64,000 nucleotides of DNA from Clostridia bacterium (GCA_045545475.1 JAZQAZ010000020.1:81618-145617); one strand, 5' to 3'; positions 18,675 to 28,487 are shown, counted from the stretch's first letter. Translations and numbers: made by a program. The notes: generated by a model not told the origin, from the letters alone.

Positions 18675-19766
18675 TTGACAGATACAGTTAAAATAATACT
18701 TTCGTTTGTGGTTTCGTTTGTGGTGGCTTTTGCCACAACTCCTCTGGCAAAAAAATTTGCTGTTAAAATCGGAGCGATAGACGTTCCCAAGGAAGGTAGA
18801 AGAGTGCATAAAGAACCCACTCCGCTGATCGGAGGGCTTGCAATATTCCTTGGATTTCTGTCTTCACTTCTTGCTTTCGGAAAGATTGATGCAGAAATCG
18901 TAGGCATGTTGGCAGGTGCTGTTATAATGGTGGTTCTGGGAATATTTGACGATAAGTATAATCTTCCTGCTAAGTTTAAGTTTGTGATTCAGATTATTGC
19001 GGCGATAATCCCCGTAGCTTTGGGCGCGAAAATTGAAAGAATAATATTTCCGTTTTCTGAATACACCGGAATTACAGGTATTGAATTCGGATGGCTTTCT
19101 TATCCCATTACAATACTCTGGATTGTGGGACTTACCAATGCGGTAAATTTGATTGACGGACTTGACGGCCTGGCTGCCGGGGTTTCGGCCATTGCATCAT
19201 TCTCTGTTTTCTGCGTTGCTCTTATGCAGGGCGAATACGGAATCGCAATTGTTACAGCGGCATTGGTTGGTTCGTGTTTTGGATTTTTGCCATACAATTT
19301 CAATCCGGCATCTATCTTTATGGGGGATACAGGGTCAACGTTTTTAGGTTATGTAATGGCAGTAGTATCCGTTATGGGATTGTTTAAGATTCATGCCATA
19401 ATTTCCTTTGCAGTTCCCTTTATCGCATTCGGAATTCCGATTTTCGATACCAGCTTTGCGATATTCAGAAGAATAAAAAATCATCGTCCCATCATGTCGC
19501 CGGACAGGGAACATCTTCATCACAGACTTATAGACAGTGGTCTTAGTCAGAAGCAGGCAGTCTTGGCGATTTATGCAATATGTGTTGTACTTGGTGCCGT
19601 AGCGGTTATGTGTTTCAGAAATAAAATATGGGCACTTGCCATTGCAATGCTGGGCATTCTGGGTGCTTTGGTATTCCGCTATTGGGGAAGAGTCGGCAAG
19701 GACGGAAATGCCGAAAATAATGAAAATGCATCTGCAGAAAACGAAAATAAAAACACCGAAGAGTAA
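18675..19766 (+). CDS. tagO: Undecaprenyl-phosphate GlcNAc-1-phosphate transferase (TagO/WecA family)
   Basis: RRVHKEPTPLIGGLAI, GIFDD, NAVNLIDGLDGLAAG, NFNPASIFMGDTGS, DREHLHHRL. TTG start behind AGGAGG. Confidence 0.88.
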   Translation: MTDTVKIILSFVVSFVVAFATTPLAKKFAVKIGAIDVPKEGRRVHKEPTPLIGGLAIFLGFLSSLLAFGKIDAEIVGMLAGAVIMVVLGIFDDKYNLPAKFKFVIQIIAAIIPVALGAKIERIIFPFSEYTGITGIEFGWLSYPITILWIVGLTNAVNLIDGLDGLAAGVSAIASFSVFCVALMQGEYGIAIVTAALVGSCFGFLPYNFNPASIFMGDTGSTFLGYVMAVVSVMGLFKIHAIISFAVPFIAFGIPIFDTSFAIFRRIKNHRPIMSPDREHLHHRLIDSGLSQKQAVLAIYAICVVLGAVAVMCFRNKIWALAIAMLGILGALVFRYWGRVGKDGNAENNENASAENENKNTEE

Positions 19767-19767
19767 T

Positions 19768-19793
19768 AAAAAAGCTGCCACGGCAGCTTTTTT
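19768..19793 (+). terminator. Intrinsic terminator
   Basis: AAAAAAGCTGCC-AC-GGCAGCTTTTTT. Confidence 0.8.
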
Positions 19794-19807
19794 CATAAGG
19801 AGATACT

Positions 19808-21364
19808 ATGGACAAGCTTCAAAGACTTATTAACAACTGTAATTATATAGTGTTTTTCGGAGGAGCCGGTGTCAGTACCGAATCCGGTCTTAAGGATTTC
19901 AGGAGCAAGGACGGACTTTATAACGAAAAGAGCGATGTTCCCCCGGAAATGATTTTAAGCCACGGCTATTTTGAAAAGCACACCGAAGAATTTTTTGACT
20001 TTTATAAAAATAAAATGATAGATCTTGATATACTGCCCAATAAGGCACATAAAAAGCTTGCCGAATTGGAAAAATCAGGAAAACTTAAGGCTGTAATAAC
20101 TCAGAATATTGACGGTCTTCATCAGGCTGCCGGAAGCGTAAATGTATTGGAGCTTCACGGAAGTGTCCACAGAAACTACTGCACTGAGTGCAACAAGTTT
20201 TACGATGCAAAATTTATAAAAGAATCAAAAGGAGTTCCTGTCTGCTCCTGCGGTGGAATTATAAAACCTGATGTTGTGCTTTATGATGAAGCATTATCGG
20301 ATGATGTGATATCGAAGGCGGTAGCTCATATTTCTAAAGCAGACTTACTTATAATTGCGGGAACCAGCCTTATGGTTTATCCTGCGGCAGGATTGCTCAG
20401 GTATTTCCACGGACAGTACCTTGCACTTATAAATAAAGAAGAGACAAGCGTTGACAGGCTTGCAAATTATGTATCACATGAAAAAGTTGGGGAGGTTTTG
20501 GGAAGAATGGCAGTAGGAGTTACAATTAAAAATGAATTTATAGAAATGAAGTTCACTTCAAAGGGTGCACAGTGCGAGAGCCTTATGTTCAATGGAGAAG
20601 AACAGCTCTGGCAGGATAACGGAAGACTTATATGGGAAGACCATTCGCCTGTGCTTTTCCCCATATGCTCAAGTCTTAAGGACGGCAAATACCATTATGA
20701 CGGTAAATGGTATGAAATGCCTCAGCACGGCTTTTCCAAAGGGGCGATTTTCGAGGTTGAAGAGCTCGCAGGCGACAGAGTTGTATTCTGCCTTAAGGAA
20801 AATGATGAAACCTTGAAAATGTATCCATTCCTTTTCTCGTTCCGTGTGGAATATAAGCTATCGGGCAATAAGGTCATTACAACCTACAGTGTTGAAAACA
20901 GGGATGAAAAAATTCTTCCTGCATCCTTCGGGAGCCATGAGGCTTACGCACTTCCCGACGGAATTGAAAATTATGAAATTGTGTTCCCTGAAGACGATTT
21001 TCTTATGCATCAGGTTATGGACGGAAGACTTGTTAACGGAGAGACAAAAAAGATTGAACTTGAAGGAAGGACTCTGCCACTTACACGTGGCGTATTCGGA
21101 ACGGATTCTTATGTAATAAAAGACCATAAATCAAGAAGTGTTACCTTACGAAGAAAGACGGGCGGCAGAGAAATTAAGATAGATTTTCCCGGAATTGACT
21201 ATCTTGTCCTCTGGCATAAGGAAGATGCCGATTATGTTTGCATAGAGCCATGGTGCAGTTTTATCGACCGTACAGATTCTGACGGAGACATCACAAAGCG
21301 TGAGGGAATTATTCTTGTAGAACCCGGAAAAACAGTTGAAAAAACGCACACAATAACATTCTGA
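19808..21364 (+). CDS. Fusion: Sir2/CobB NAD-dependent deacylase + aldose 1-epimerase (LacX-like) domain
   Basis: aa 1-233: GGAGVSTESG, TQNIDGLHQ, ELHGS, CTEC..CSC, AGTSL. aa 234-518: PVLFP, MPQHGF, YPFLF, VCIEPW. No stop codon between the two. Confidence 0.88.
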   Translation: MDKLQRLINNCNYIVFFGGAGVSTESGLKDFRSKDGLYNEKSDVPPEMILSHGYFEKHTEEFFDFYKNKMIDLDILPNKAHKKLAELEKSGKLKAVITQNIDGLHQAAGSVNVLELHGSVHRNYCTECNKFYDAKFIKESKGVPVCSCGGIIKPDVVLYDEALSDDVISKAVAHISKADLLIIAGTSLMVYPAAGLLRYFHGQYLALINKEETSVDRLANYVSHEKVGEVLGRMAVGVTIKNEFIEMKFTSKGAQCESLMFNGEEQLWQDNGRLIWEDHSPVLFPICSSLKDGKYHYDGKWYEMPQHGFSKGAIFEVEELAGDRVVFCLKENDETLKMYPFLFSFRVEYKLSGNKVITTYSVENRDEKILPASFGSHEAYALPDGIENYEIVFPEDDFLMHQVMDGRLVNGETKKIELEGRTLPLTRGVFGTDSYVIKDHKSRSVTLRRKTGGREIKIDFPGIDYLVLWHKEDADYVCIEPWCSFIDRTDSDGDITKREGIILVEPGKTVEKTHTITF

Positions 21365-21370
21365 TTACGA

Positions 21371-21410
21371 AAAAATGCAGAGCGAAAAGTCACTTTCGCT
21401 CTGCATTTTT
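21371..21410 (+). terminator. Intrinsic terminator
   Basis: AAAAATGCAGAGCGAAA-loop-TTTCGCTCTGCATTTTT. Confidence 0.85.
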
Positions 21411-21436
21411 ATTTTTATGCAAGAAAAATAAACAAA

Positions 21437-21539
21437 AATGTAAGATTATGCATAAAGAAATTGTTAAAATGCATAAATATTAAAAAATAATGTAAAAAAG
21501 CCTTGATTTTTCCTATGGCTGATGCTATAATTATGCAAA
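21437..21539 (+). promoter_or_regulatory. arg operon promoter with ARG-box-like operators
   Basis: TTGATT (21503-21508) - 17 nt - TATAAT (21526-21531) with extended TG. ARG-box-like AATGTAAGATTATGCATA (21437-21454) and AATGCATAAATATTAAAA (21468-21485), plus a half site ATAATTATGCA over the -10. Confidence 0.7.
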
Positions 21540-21561
21540 ATGATAAAATGCGGTGATATTT

Positions 21562-22494
21562 ATGTGCGACAAAAAAACTAAAATATTTATAGACGGCTCT
21601 GCAGGAACAACGGGCCTTCGTATATATGAAAGGCTCGGGGCGATGGAGGATATCGAATTAATCCGTTTGCCCGAGGAGGAAAGGAAAAGTCCCGAAGCGA
21701 GAAAAAGGGCTATTAACGAAAGTGATGTAACCTTTTTGTGTCTTCCTGACGATGCGGCAAGAGAGTCCGTTTCCTTGGCGGGAGATGATGTTATTATAAT
21801 TGATACATCAACGGCCCACAGAACAGAAAGTGATTTTGCCTACGGTTTTCCGGAGCTTTCGGAAGAACACCGTGAAAAGATTAAAAACTCCAAAAGAATT
21901 GCGGTTCCGGGCTGTCATGCAGGAGGATTTATTGCACTTTTATATCCTTTAATAGAAAATGGATTTTTATCGCCCGACGCACATCTTTCTTGCCATTCAT
22001 TGACGGGATATTCAGGCGGCGGAAAGAAAATGATTGCAGAGTATGAAGCGGGAGAAAATCAGCTTCTTAAAGGTCCGAGACAGTACGGTCTTTCGCAGAA
22101 TCATAAGCACCTTAAGGAAATGGTTAAAATAACAGGACTTTCCGTTGCTCCTGTGTTCTGCCCGATAGTCGGAGATTTTTACAGCGGTATGGAAGTGACG
22201 GTTCCTCTTTTCGCAAGCGATTTATTAAAGGGCGGAATAGAGGATATAAAAAATCTGTACAAAGAAAAGTACAATTCTGACATTGTGAAATATGTTGAGG
22301 ATGACGAGGAAGGCTTCTTGTCCTCTGTTAAATATTCAAATAAGGACTTTATGAGAATTTCCGTTTACGGAAACGAGGATAGAATAATCCTTGTTGCAAG
22401 ATATGATAATTTAGGTAAGGGTGCATCAGGTGCGGCAATTCAGTGTATGAATATAGCCATAGGAAAAGACGAAAAATGCTCACTTGAGTTATAA
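21562..22494 (+). CDS. argC: N-acetyl-gamma-glutamyl-phosphate reductase (type 2)
   Basis: IFIDGSAGTTGLRI, FLCLPD, IDTSTAHR, VPGCH, GYSGGGK, YDNLGKGASGAAIQ. Confidence 0.96.
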   Translation: MCDKKTKIFIDGSAGTTGLRIYERLGAMEDIELIRLPEEERKSPEARKRAINESDVTFLCLPDDAARESVSLAGDDVIIIDTSTAHRTESDFAYGFPELSEEHREKIKNSKRIAVPGCHAGGFIALLYPLIENGFLSPDAHLSCHSLTGYSGGGKKMIAEYEAGENQLLKGPRQYGLSQNHKHLKEMVKITGLSVAPVFCPIVGDFYSGMEVTVPLFASDLLKGGIEDIKNLYKEKYNSDIVKYVEDDEEGFLSSVKYSNKDFMRISVYGNEDRIILVARYDNLGKGASGAAIQCMNIAIGKDEKCSLEL

Positions 22495-22506
22495 GGAGAA
22501 GAAAAA

Positions 22507-23727
22507 ATGAGTGAAATTAAGTTAATTGAAGGCAGTGTTTGTGCGGCAAAGGGTTTTAAGGCGTCGGGCATTCATTGCGGAATAAGAAAAAATAAAGTGA
22601 AAAAAGACCTTGCTTTAATCGTAAGTGAGAAAAGAGCAACTGCTGCGGCTGTTTATACCACCAATCTTGTAAAGGGTGCACCTTTAACGGTAACGAAAAA
22701 GCATTTGTCCGACGGTTATGCACAGGCGGTTATCTGTAACAGCGGAAACGCCAATACCTGTAACGCAGACGGTATCGAAGTTGCAGAAAAGATGAGTGCA
22801 ATACTTGCCGAAGAGCTTAAGATAAATAAGGATGATATAATTGTTGCATCCACCGGCGTTATCGGTCAGAAGCTTGATATAACTCCCATAAAGGAAGGAA
22901 TCCCTTCTCTTTGTGCTAATCTTAAGTGCGACGGACTTGATGCGGCAGAAGGTATCATGACAACAGATACTGTTAAAAAGGAAGTTGCCGTAAGCTTCTG
23001 TATAGGCGGAGTAGAATGCAAAATGGGCGGTATCGCAAAGGGAAGCGGTATGATTCATCCCAATATGGCGACAATGCTTGTGTTTATCACAACAGATGCT
23101 GCAATAAGTGCTGAAATGCTTAAGAAGGCACTTTCCGGCGATATAACAGAAACCTTTAATATGTTAAGCATTGACGGTGATACATCCACAAACGATATGG
23201 TTGCGGTTATGGCAAACGGTATGGCAGGAAATAAGGAAATCACAGAAGATGGTGAAGACTTTGCTACCTTCTGTAAGGCACTTAATACTTTGACCGTACA
23301 GCTTTGCAGAATGATTGCAGGTGACGGTGAAGGTGCAACAAAGCTTCTTCAGTGTATCGTAACAGGTGCAAAGACCAAGGATGCTGCAAAGACTGCCGCA
23401 AAGAGCGTTATCTGCTCATCCCTCACAAAGGCGGCAATGTTCGGTGCAGATGCTAACTGGGGAAGAGTGCTTTGTGCTTTAGGCTACAGCGGTGCTGATA
23501 TTGATGTGAATAAGGTTGATGTTCACTTTTCCTCTCCCAAGGGCAAAATCCTTGTTTGCAAGGATGGTGCGGGAGTTGACTTTTCCGAAGAAATTGCAAA
23601 GGAAATTCTTTTAGAGAAGGAAATCGACATTTTAGTTGACTTAAACGACGGAGAAGCCGATTCTGTTGCATGGGGATGCGACCTTACATACGATTACGTT
23701 AAAATAAACGGCGACTACAGAACCTGA
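22507..23727 (+). CDS. argJ: Ornithine acetyltransferase / N-acetylglutamate synthase
   Basis: NSGNAN, STGVIG, IMTTDT, KGSGMIHPNMATML, DGDTSTND, DGEGATK, WGCDLTYDYVKINGDYRT. Confidence 0.98.
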   Translation: MSEIKLIEGSVCAAKGFKASGIHCGIRKNKVKKDLALIVSEKRATAAAVYTTNLVKGAPLTVTKKHLSDGYAQAVICNSGNANTCNADGIEVAEKMSAILAEELKINKDDIIVASTGVIGQKLDITPIKEGIPSLCANLKCDGLDAAEGIMTTDTVKKEVAVSFCIGGVECKMGGIAKGSGMIHPNMATMLVFITTDAAISAEMLKKALSGDITETFNMLSIDGDTSTNDMVAVMANGMAGNKEITEDGEDFATFCKALNTLTVQLCRMIAGDGEGATKLLQCIVTGAKTKDAAKTAAKSVICSSLTKAAMFGADANWGRVLCALGYSGADIDVNKVDVHFSSPKGKILVCKDGAGVDFSEEIAKEILLEKEIDILVDLNDGEADSVAWGCDLTYDYVKINGDYRT

Positions 23728-23746
23728 TAAAGATAGGGGATTTTAT

Positions 23747-24628
23747 ATGGAACTTAAAGTAACAAACGCCCAGAGGGCTGAAATATTAACTCAGGCACTT
23801 CCTTATATTCAGCAGTATTACGGCAAAATCGTTGTGGTTAAATACGGCGGAAACGCCATGATAAATGAAGAACTTAAAGAGCAGGTTATGGAAGACATCG
23901 TTCTTCTTCACTTAATCGGCGTAAAGGTTGTTGTGGTTCACGGCGGCGGCCCCGAAATAAGTGATATGCTTAAGAAAGTCGGAAAAGAATCCGTATTCTT
24001 GGACGGTCTTCGTGTTACTGATAAGGAAACCGTTGATATTGTGCAGATGATTCTGGCCGGGAAAATCAATAAAAATCTTGTAAGCCTTATTGAACAGAAG
24101 GGCGGCAAGGCTATGGGCATTTCCGGTATTGACGGTCATATGATCGAGGCAGAAATGAAGGACGAACGCTACGGCTATGTGGGAACAATAACAAAGGTTA
24201 ATACAGAGCCTGTCTGCGATTTAATAGAAAAAGGCTATATTCCCATCGTTTCCACGGTAGGATGCGACATGGAGGGTAATACATACAACATAAATGCAGA
24301 TACAGCGGCGGCATTCATTGCAGGTGCCTTAAAGGCTGAGCGTCTTATTTCAATGACTGATATAACCGGCGTTCTCCGTGATAAGGACGATCCCGACTCT
24401 GTTATCCACTGCATGGATATAGCCGAGGCAAAAACCTTATTTGCCAACGGAATTATCTGCGGCGGAATGATTCCGAAGGTTGAATGCTGTATCGAGGCAA
24501 TCAATATGGGCGTTGAAAGAGTTACCATTCTTGACGGAAGAGTGCCCCATGCACTGCTTTTGGAAACTCTTACGGACGAAGGTGCGGGAACAATGGTTAT
24601 CCGCGATAAAAGTGAGGCAGGATTATGA
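23747..24628 (+). CDS. argB: Acetylglutamate kinase
   Basis: VVKYGGNAM, VHGGGPEI, GLRVTD, NINADTAA, GGMIPKV. Confidence 0.97.
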   Translation: MELKVTNAQRAEILTQALPYIQQYYGKIVVVKYGGNAMINEELKEQVMEDIVLLHLIGVKVVVVHGGGPEISDMLKKVGKESVFLDGLRVTDKETVDIVQMILAGKINKNLVSLIEQKGGKAMGISGIDGHMIEAEMKDERYGYVGTITKVNTEPVCDLIEKGYIPIVSTVGCDMEGNTYNINADTAAAFIAGALKAERLISMTDITGVLRDKDDPDSVIHCMDIAEAKTLFANGIICGGMIPKVECCIEAINMGVERVTILDGRVPHALLLETLTDEGAGTMVIRDKSEAGL

Positions 24629-25779
24629 GCATTATAAACGATGACAGTAAATACATTGCAAATACCTATGCACGTTTCCCTCTTGCAATAGTAAGGGGAA
24701 AGGGTGCTCTTTGCTATGACGAAGAGGGAAAAGAGTACATCGACCTCGGAAGCGGAATTGCTGTAAACGCCTTCGGATACTCCGATGACGAGTGGGTTAA
24801 GGCGGTAACGAGCCAGCTTTCAAAGGTTCAGCATACTTCAAATCTTTATTACACCGAGCCTTGTACACGCCTTGCTAAAATGCTTTGCGAAAAAACAGGT
24901 GCGAAAAAGGTGTTTTTCGGAAACTCCGGTGCCGAGGCAAATGAATGTGCCATAAAGGTTGCAAGAAAATATGCCGAGGATAAGGGCATCGAGGGTGCAA
25001 AAATCATAACCCTTAATAACAGCTTTCACGGAAGAACTTTAGCGACGCTTGCCGCAACAGGACAGGATGTTTTCCATAAGTCATTTTTGCCCCTTCCCGA
25101 CGGCTTCTGTCATATAGATGCGGGGGATGTTGATGCATTTAAGGCACTTGTCGAAAAGGAAAATATCGCTGCAATTATGATGGAAATGGTGCAGGGCGAA
25201 GGCGGAGTTATGCCTCTTTCGGAAGATTTCGTAAAAGAGGTTTGCCGCATCGCAAAGGAAAAGGACATCCTTGTAATTGTTGATGAGGTGCAGACCGGTA
25301 ACGGAAGATGCGGTGCACTTTATGCATATATGAATTACGGAATCAAGCCGGATGTTGTAACCACCGCAAAAGGACTTGGCGGCGGCCTTCCCATCGGATG
25401 CTGTATGATGTTTGAAAAAACGGAAAATGTGTTAAAGAGTGGCGATCACGGCTCAACCTTTGGCGGAAACCCCGTTGCATCTGCAGGAGCGGTGAGCATA
25501 ATTGAAAGAATAGATGAAGCACTTTTATCCGAAGTAAAGGAAAAATCCGAAATGATTTTTTCATCTCTTAAGGGAGCAAAAGGCGTTAAGAGCGTTTCTG
25601 GTCAGGGACTTATGATTGGAATAGAAACCGAAAAGGATGCAGGCGAAGTAATTAAAGAATGTATGGGAAAAGGTGTTCTTGTAATAAAGGCTAAAAACAA
25701 GGTAAGACTTCTTCCTCCGCTTAACATAAAGAAGGAAGAACTTAAAAAAGCACTTGATATAATTTTGTCCTGCCTTTAA
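24625..25779 (+). CDS. argD: Acetylornithine aminotransferase
   Basis: HTSNLY, NSGAEANE, SFHGRTL, VQGEGG, DEVQTG, AKGLGGG, HGSTFGGNP. Confidence 0.95.
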   Translation: MSIINDDSKYIANTYARFPLAIVRGKGALCYDEEGKEYIDLGSGIAVNAFGYSDDEWVKAVTSQLSKVQHTSNLYYTEPCTRLAKMLCEKTGAKKVFFGNSGAEANECAIKVARKYAEDKGIEGAKIITLNNSFHGRTLATLAATGQDVFHKSFLPLPDGFCHIDAGDVDAFKALVEKENIAAIMMEMVQGEGGVMPLSEDFVKEVCRIAKEKDILVIVDEVQTGNGRCGALYAYMNYGIKPDVVTTAKGLGGGLPIGCCMMFEKTENVLKSGDHGSTFGGNPVASAGAVSIIERIDEALLSEVKEKSEMIFSSLKGAKGVKSVSGQGLMIGIETEKDAGEVIKECMGKGVLVIKAKNKVRLLPPLNIKKEELKKALDIILSCL

Positions 25780-25786
25780 TAAAAAT

Positions 25787-25829
25787 AAAACAAGACATTT
25801 ATTTAAATAAATGTCTTGTTTTTATTTTT
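25787..25829 (+). terminator. Terminator of the arg operon (perfect 36-bp AT-rich palindrome)
   Basis: AAAACAAGACATTTATTT/AAATAAATGTCTTGTTTT (25787-25822) followed by a T-rich tail. Confidence 0.7.
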
Positions 25830-25878
25830 GAGTTGTGCTATAATATCAAGGATTGAGTTATAAAGTGAGGCAGTTTTT

Positions 25879-27348
25879 ATGATGAGGAAAATTGGCTTTG
25901 ACAACGAAAAATACATAAAGATGCAGTCTGAACACATCGGAAAGCGTGTTGAGGAGTTCGGCGACAAGCTTTACTTGGAGCTTGGCGGTAAGCTTTTTGA
26001 TGACTATCACGCATCCCGAGTGCTTCCCGGTTTTCAGCCTGACAGTAAAATGAAGATGCTTATGCACTTATCGGACAAGCTTGAAATCGTCATCGTTATA
26101 AGTGCCATCGACATTGTGAAAAACAAGGTGAGAAGCGACTATAACATAACCTATGACCTTGATACAATCCGCCTTATTGAAGCATTCAAAGGCCTCGGTC
26201 TTATGGTGGGAAGCGTTGTTATAACTCAGTATAGCTCTCAGGCAGCGGCAGACGTTTTTAAGAAAAGGCTTGAAAATATGGGAATGAAGGTATTTCTTCA
26301 CTATCCCATTGAAGGTTACCCATCAAATGTGGAACTGATTGTAAGTGACGAAGGCTACGGCAAAAACGATTATATCGAAACCGAGCGGCCCATCGTTGTC
26401 GTAACCGCACCGGGTCCCGGAAGCGGAAAAATGGCAACCTGCTTATCTCAGCTCTATCACGAAAACAAGAGGGGAGTGAAGGCGGGCTACGCCAAGTTTG
26501 AAACCTTCCCCATATGGAACCTTCCCTTAAAGCATCACGTAAATCTGGCGTATGAAGCTGCAACGGTGGACTTAAATGACGTCAACATGATTGACCCGTT
26601 CCATCTTGAAGCATACGGTGAAACAGCCGTAAATTATAACAGAGACATTGAAATTTTCCCTGTGCTTAATGCTATGTTTGAAAAGATAATGGGGACGAGC
26701 CCTTATAAGTCACCTACGGATATGGGCGTTAATATGGCGGGAAATTGCATAATCGACGACGAGGTTGTCCGTCAGGCATCAAAGGAAGAAATTGTAAGAA
26801 GATACTACCAGGTATTAAAAGATAAAACCAACGGAAAATGCGACATTGACGTGATAAGGAAAATGGAGCTTATCATGAAGCAGGCAGAGGTAAGTACCCT
26901 TGACCGTAAGGTTGCAGAGGCGGCACTTAAAAAAGCGGAAACTGCTAAGGGCCCCGTGTGTGCAATCCAGCTTCCCGACGGCAAGATAGTAACGGGAAAA
27001 ACCTCCTCGCTTCTTGGTGCATCCAGTGCGGCACTCCTTAATGCACTTAAGGAAATAACGGGAATCGAGGATGATGTTCATCTTATATCACCGGAGGTTA
27101 TTGAGCCTCTTCAGAACCTTAAAATAAATCATCTGGGAAGCAAAAACCCGAGAATACATATGGATGAAACATTGGTTGCTCTTTCAATCTGTGCGGCAAG
27201 TGATCCTTTAGCGAAAAAGGCACTCGAAGGCATAAGTGAGCTTAAGGGTGCGGAAGCACACTCAACCGTAATTTTATCACAGGTAGATGAAAATATGTTC
27301 AAAAAGCTTGGCATAAATTTAACATGCGAAGCAACATATAATAAATAA
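25879..27348 (+). CDS. Conserved P-loop protein of unknown function (DUF1846/UPF0371-like)
   Basis: KIGFDNEKY, LYLELGGKLFDDYHASRVLPGF, VVTAPGPGSGKMATCLSQLYHE, YAKFETFPIWNLPLKH. Confidence 0.88.
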   Translation: MMRKIGFDNEKYIKMQSEHIGKRVEEFGDKLYLELGGKLFDDYHASRVLPGFQPDSKMKMLMHLSDKLEIVIVISAIDIVKNKVRSDYNITYDLDTIRLIEAFKGLGLMVGSVVITQYSSQAAADVFKKRLENMGMKVFLHYPIEGYPSNVELIVSDEGYGKNDYIETERPIVVVTAPGPGSGKMATCLSQLYHENKRGVKAGYAKFETFPIWNLPLKHHVNLAYEAATVDLNDVNMIDPFHLEAYGETAVNYNRDIEIFPVLNAMFEKIMGTSPYKSPTDMGVNMAGNCIIDDEVVRQASKEEIVRRYYQVLKDKTNGKCDIDVIRKMELIMKQAEVSTLDRKVAEAALKKAETAKGPVCAIQLPDGKIVTGKTSSLLGASSAALLNALKEITGIEDDVHLISPEVIEPLQNLKINHLGSKNPRIHMDETLVALSICAASDPLAKKALEGISELKGAEAHSTVILSQVDENMFKKLGINLTCEATYNK

Positions 27349-27354
27349 TTCTGT

Positions 27355-27388
27355 GGCAGCTGTAAACTTATGTTTACAGCTGCCTTTT
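27355..27388 (+). terminator. Intrinsic terminator insulating the recombinase locus
   Basis: GGCAGCTGTAAAC-TTAT-GTTTACAGCTGCC-TTTT. Confidence 0.88.
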
Positions 27389-27397
27389 ATTTTGCGC

Positions 27398-27426
27398 TTG
27401 CAATTCTTTACAAAATATGTAATAAT
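27398..27426 (+). promoter_or_regulatory. Probable promoter of the recombinase gene
   Basis: TTGCAA - 17 nt - AATAAT with extended TG. Confidence 0.5.
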
Positions 27427-27481
27427 AAATCCGGATGCCGGACAGAATAATACAGCCTTAATAAAAATAAGGAGGTTTATT

Positions 27482-28312
27482 ATGGATTTTTTATCTGAAT
27501 TCAGAGAAAGGCTTGTAAATGATGAGAAGGCAAAACTTACTGTGGAAAAATATGTAAGAGACTGCAGGGCGTTTTTAGCATGGGTTTCGGAAAGCGGGAG
27601 AACGCTGGATAAAGAGGCGGTGCTTTGCTATAAGGAGCTTATTTCAAAGAAACACAAAACTGCCGGAGCGAATTCTATACTGTCATCTCTGAATGCATAT
27701 TTTTCATATATAGGGAGAGATGAGCTTAAGGTAAAAATATTAAAGAGACAAATGACTACCTTCAGAAACGAAGAGAAAGAACTTACGAGAGACGAATATG
27801 TAAGGCTGCTTAATGCCGCAAAGGAGCGTAAAAACAGAAAGCTTTATTATATTATGATGACTGTATGCCGCACAGGGATAAGAATTTCGGAGCTTTCTTA
27901 TATTACGGTGGAAGCGGCAAGAAAAAAGGAGGCGGTTATAGGAAATAAGGGGAAGATAAGAATTATCCTGCTTCCGGAAAAGCTTTGCAGAGAGCTTCTT
28001 TGTTATGCTTCTGAAGAAAAAATAAAAAGCGGCCCCCTGTTTGTAACAAAAAACGGGAATCCGCTTGACCGATCAAATATATGGAAAATGATGAAATCTC
28101 TTTGCGAAAGTGCGAATGTGGAAAGGGAAAAGGTTTTTCCGCATAATTTAAGGCATCTTTTTGCGGTAACCTTTTACAGTGTCCATAAAGATATTGTGCA
28201 TCTGGCAGATATTTTAGGACATTCTACGGTTTCCACTACAAGAATTTATACACTGGAAAGCAGCGGGGCACATAGAAAACAGATGGAACAACTAACAGGT
28301 CTTTTGATTTAA
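27482..28312 (+). CDS. Tyrosine site-specific recombinase (probable DNA invertase), 276 aa
   Basis: AAGGAGG RBS before ATG 27482. Complete catalytic set: TGIRISE (R), GNKGK (K), FPHNLRH (HxxR), ILGHS (H), TTRIY (Y). N-terminal SAM-like region (TVEKYVRD); no arm-binding domain is evident. Confidence 0.93.
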   Translation: MDFLSEFRERLVNDEKAKLTVEKYVRDCRAFLAWVSESGRTLDKEAVLCYKELISKKHKTAGANSILSSLNAYFSYIGRDELKVKILKRQMTTFRNEEKELTRDEYVRLLNAAKERKNRKLYYIMMTVCRTGIRISELSYITVEAARKKEAVIGNKGKIRIILLPEKLCRELLCYASEEKIKSGPLFVTKNGNPLDRSNIWKMMKSLCESANVEREKVFPHNLRHLFAVTFYSVHKDIVHLADILGHSTVSTTRIYTLESSGAHRKQMEQLTGLLI

Positions 28313-28321
28313 AAATAAAAA

Positions 28322-28347
28322 TACCACATAATGCCGATTATGTGGTA
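28322..28347. repeat. Left recombination site (inverted repeat IRL)
   Basis: TACCACATAA-TGCCGA-TTATGTGGTA: palindromic 10-bp arms around an asymmetric 6-bp core, 9 nt after the recombinase stop. Confidence 0.92.
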
Positions 28348-28367
28348 AAAAGAATTATTACATAAAG

Positions 28368-28396
28368 ATTATAACATCAGGGAAGCGGTTTGTCAA
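28368..28396 (-). promoter_or_regulatory. Perfect-consensus sigma-A promoter inside the invertible segment
   Basis: Minus strand TTGACA (28396-28391) - AACCGCTTCCCTGATGT (17 nt, extended TG) - TATAAT (28373-28368). No minus-strand gene lies immediately downstream in this orientation. Confidence 0.88.
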
Positions 28397-28450
28397 TAGT
28401 TTTTTATCAATGGAAAAATAAAACTTTGCAAAAATCAGACATAATGAAGC

Positions 28451-28487
28451 GACCGATGAGGCAGAATTTTACATCGGTCTTTTTTTT
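28451..28487 (+). terminator. Unidirectional intrinsic terminator inside the invertible segment
   Basis: GACCGATG-13nt-CATCGGTC-TTTTTTTT; no A-run on the left side. Confidence 0.8.

Noticed and set aside
19808-20506. Sir2 domain as an anti-phage NADase effector
   Set aside because: It has the zinc-binding cysteines and motifs of housekeeping CobB-type deacylases, and its neighbours are not defence genes.
27353-27481. N-terminal extension of the recombinase ORF
   Set aside because: It runs through a terminator and promoter; AAGGAGG precedes ATG 27482.
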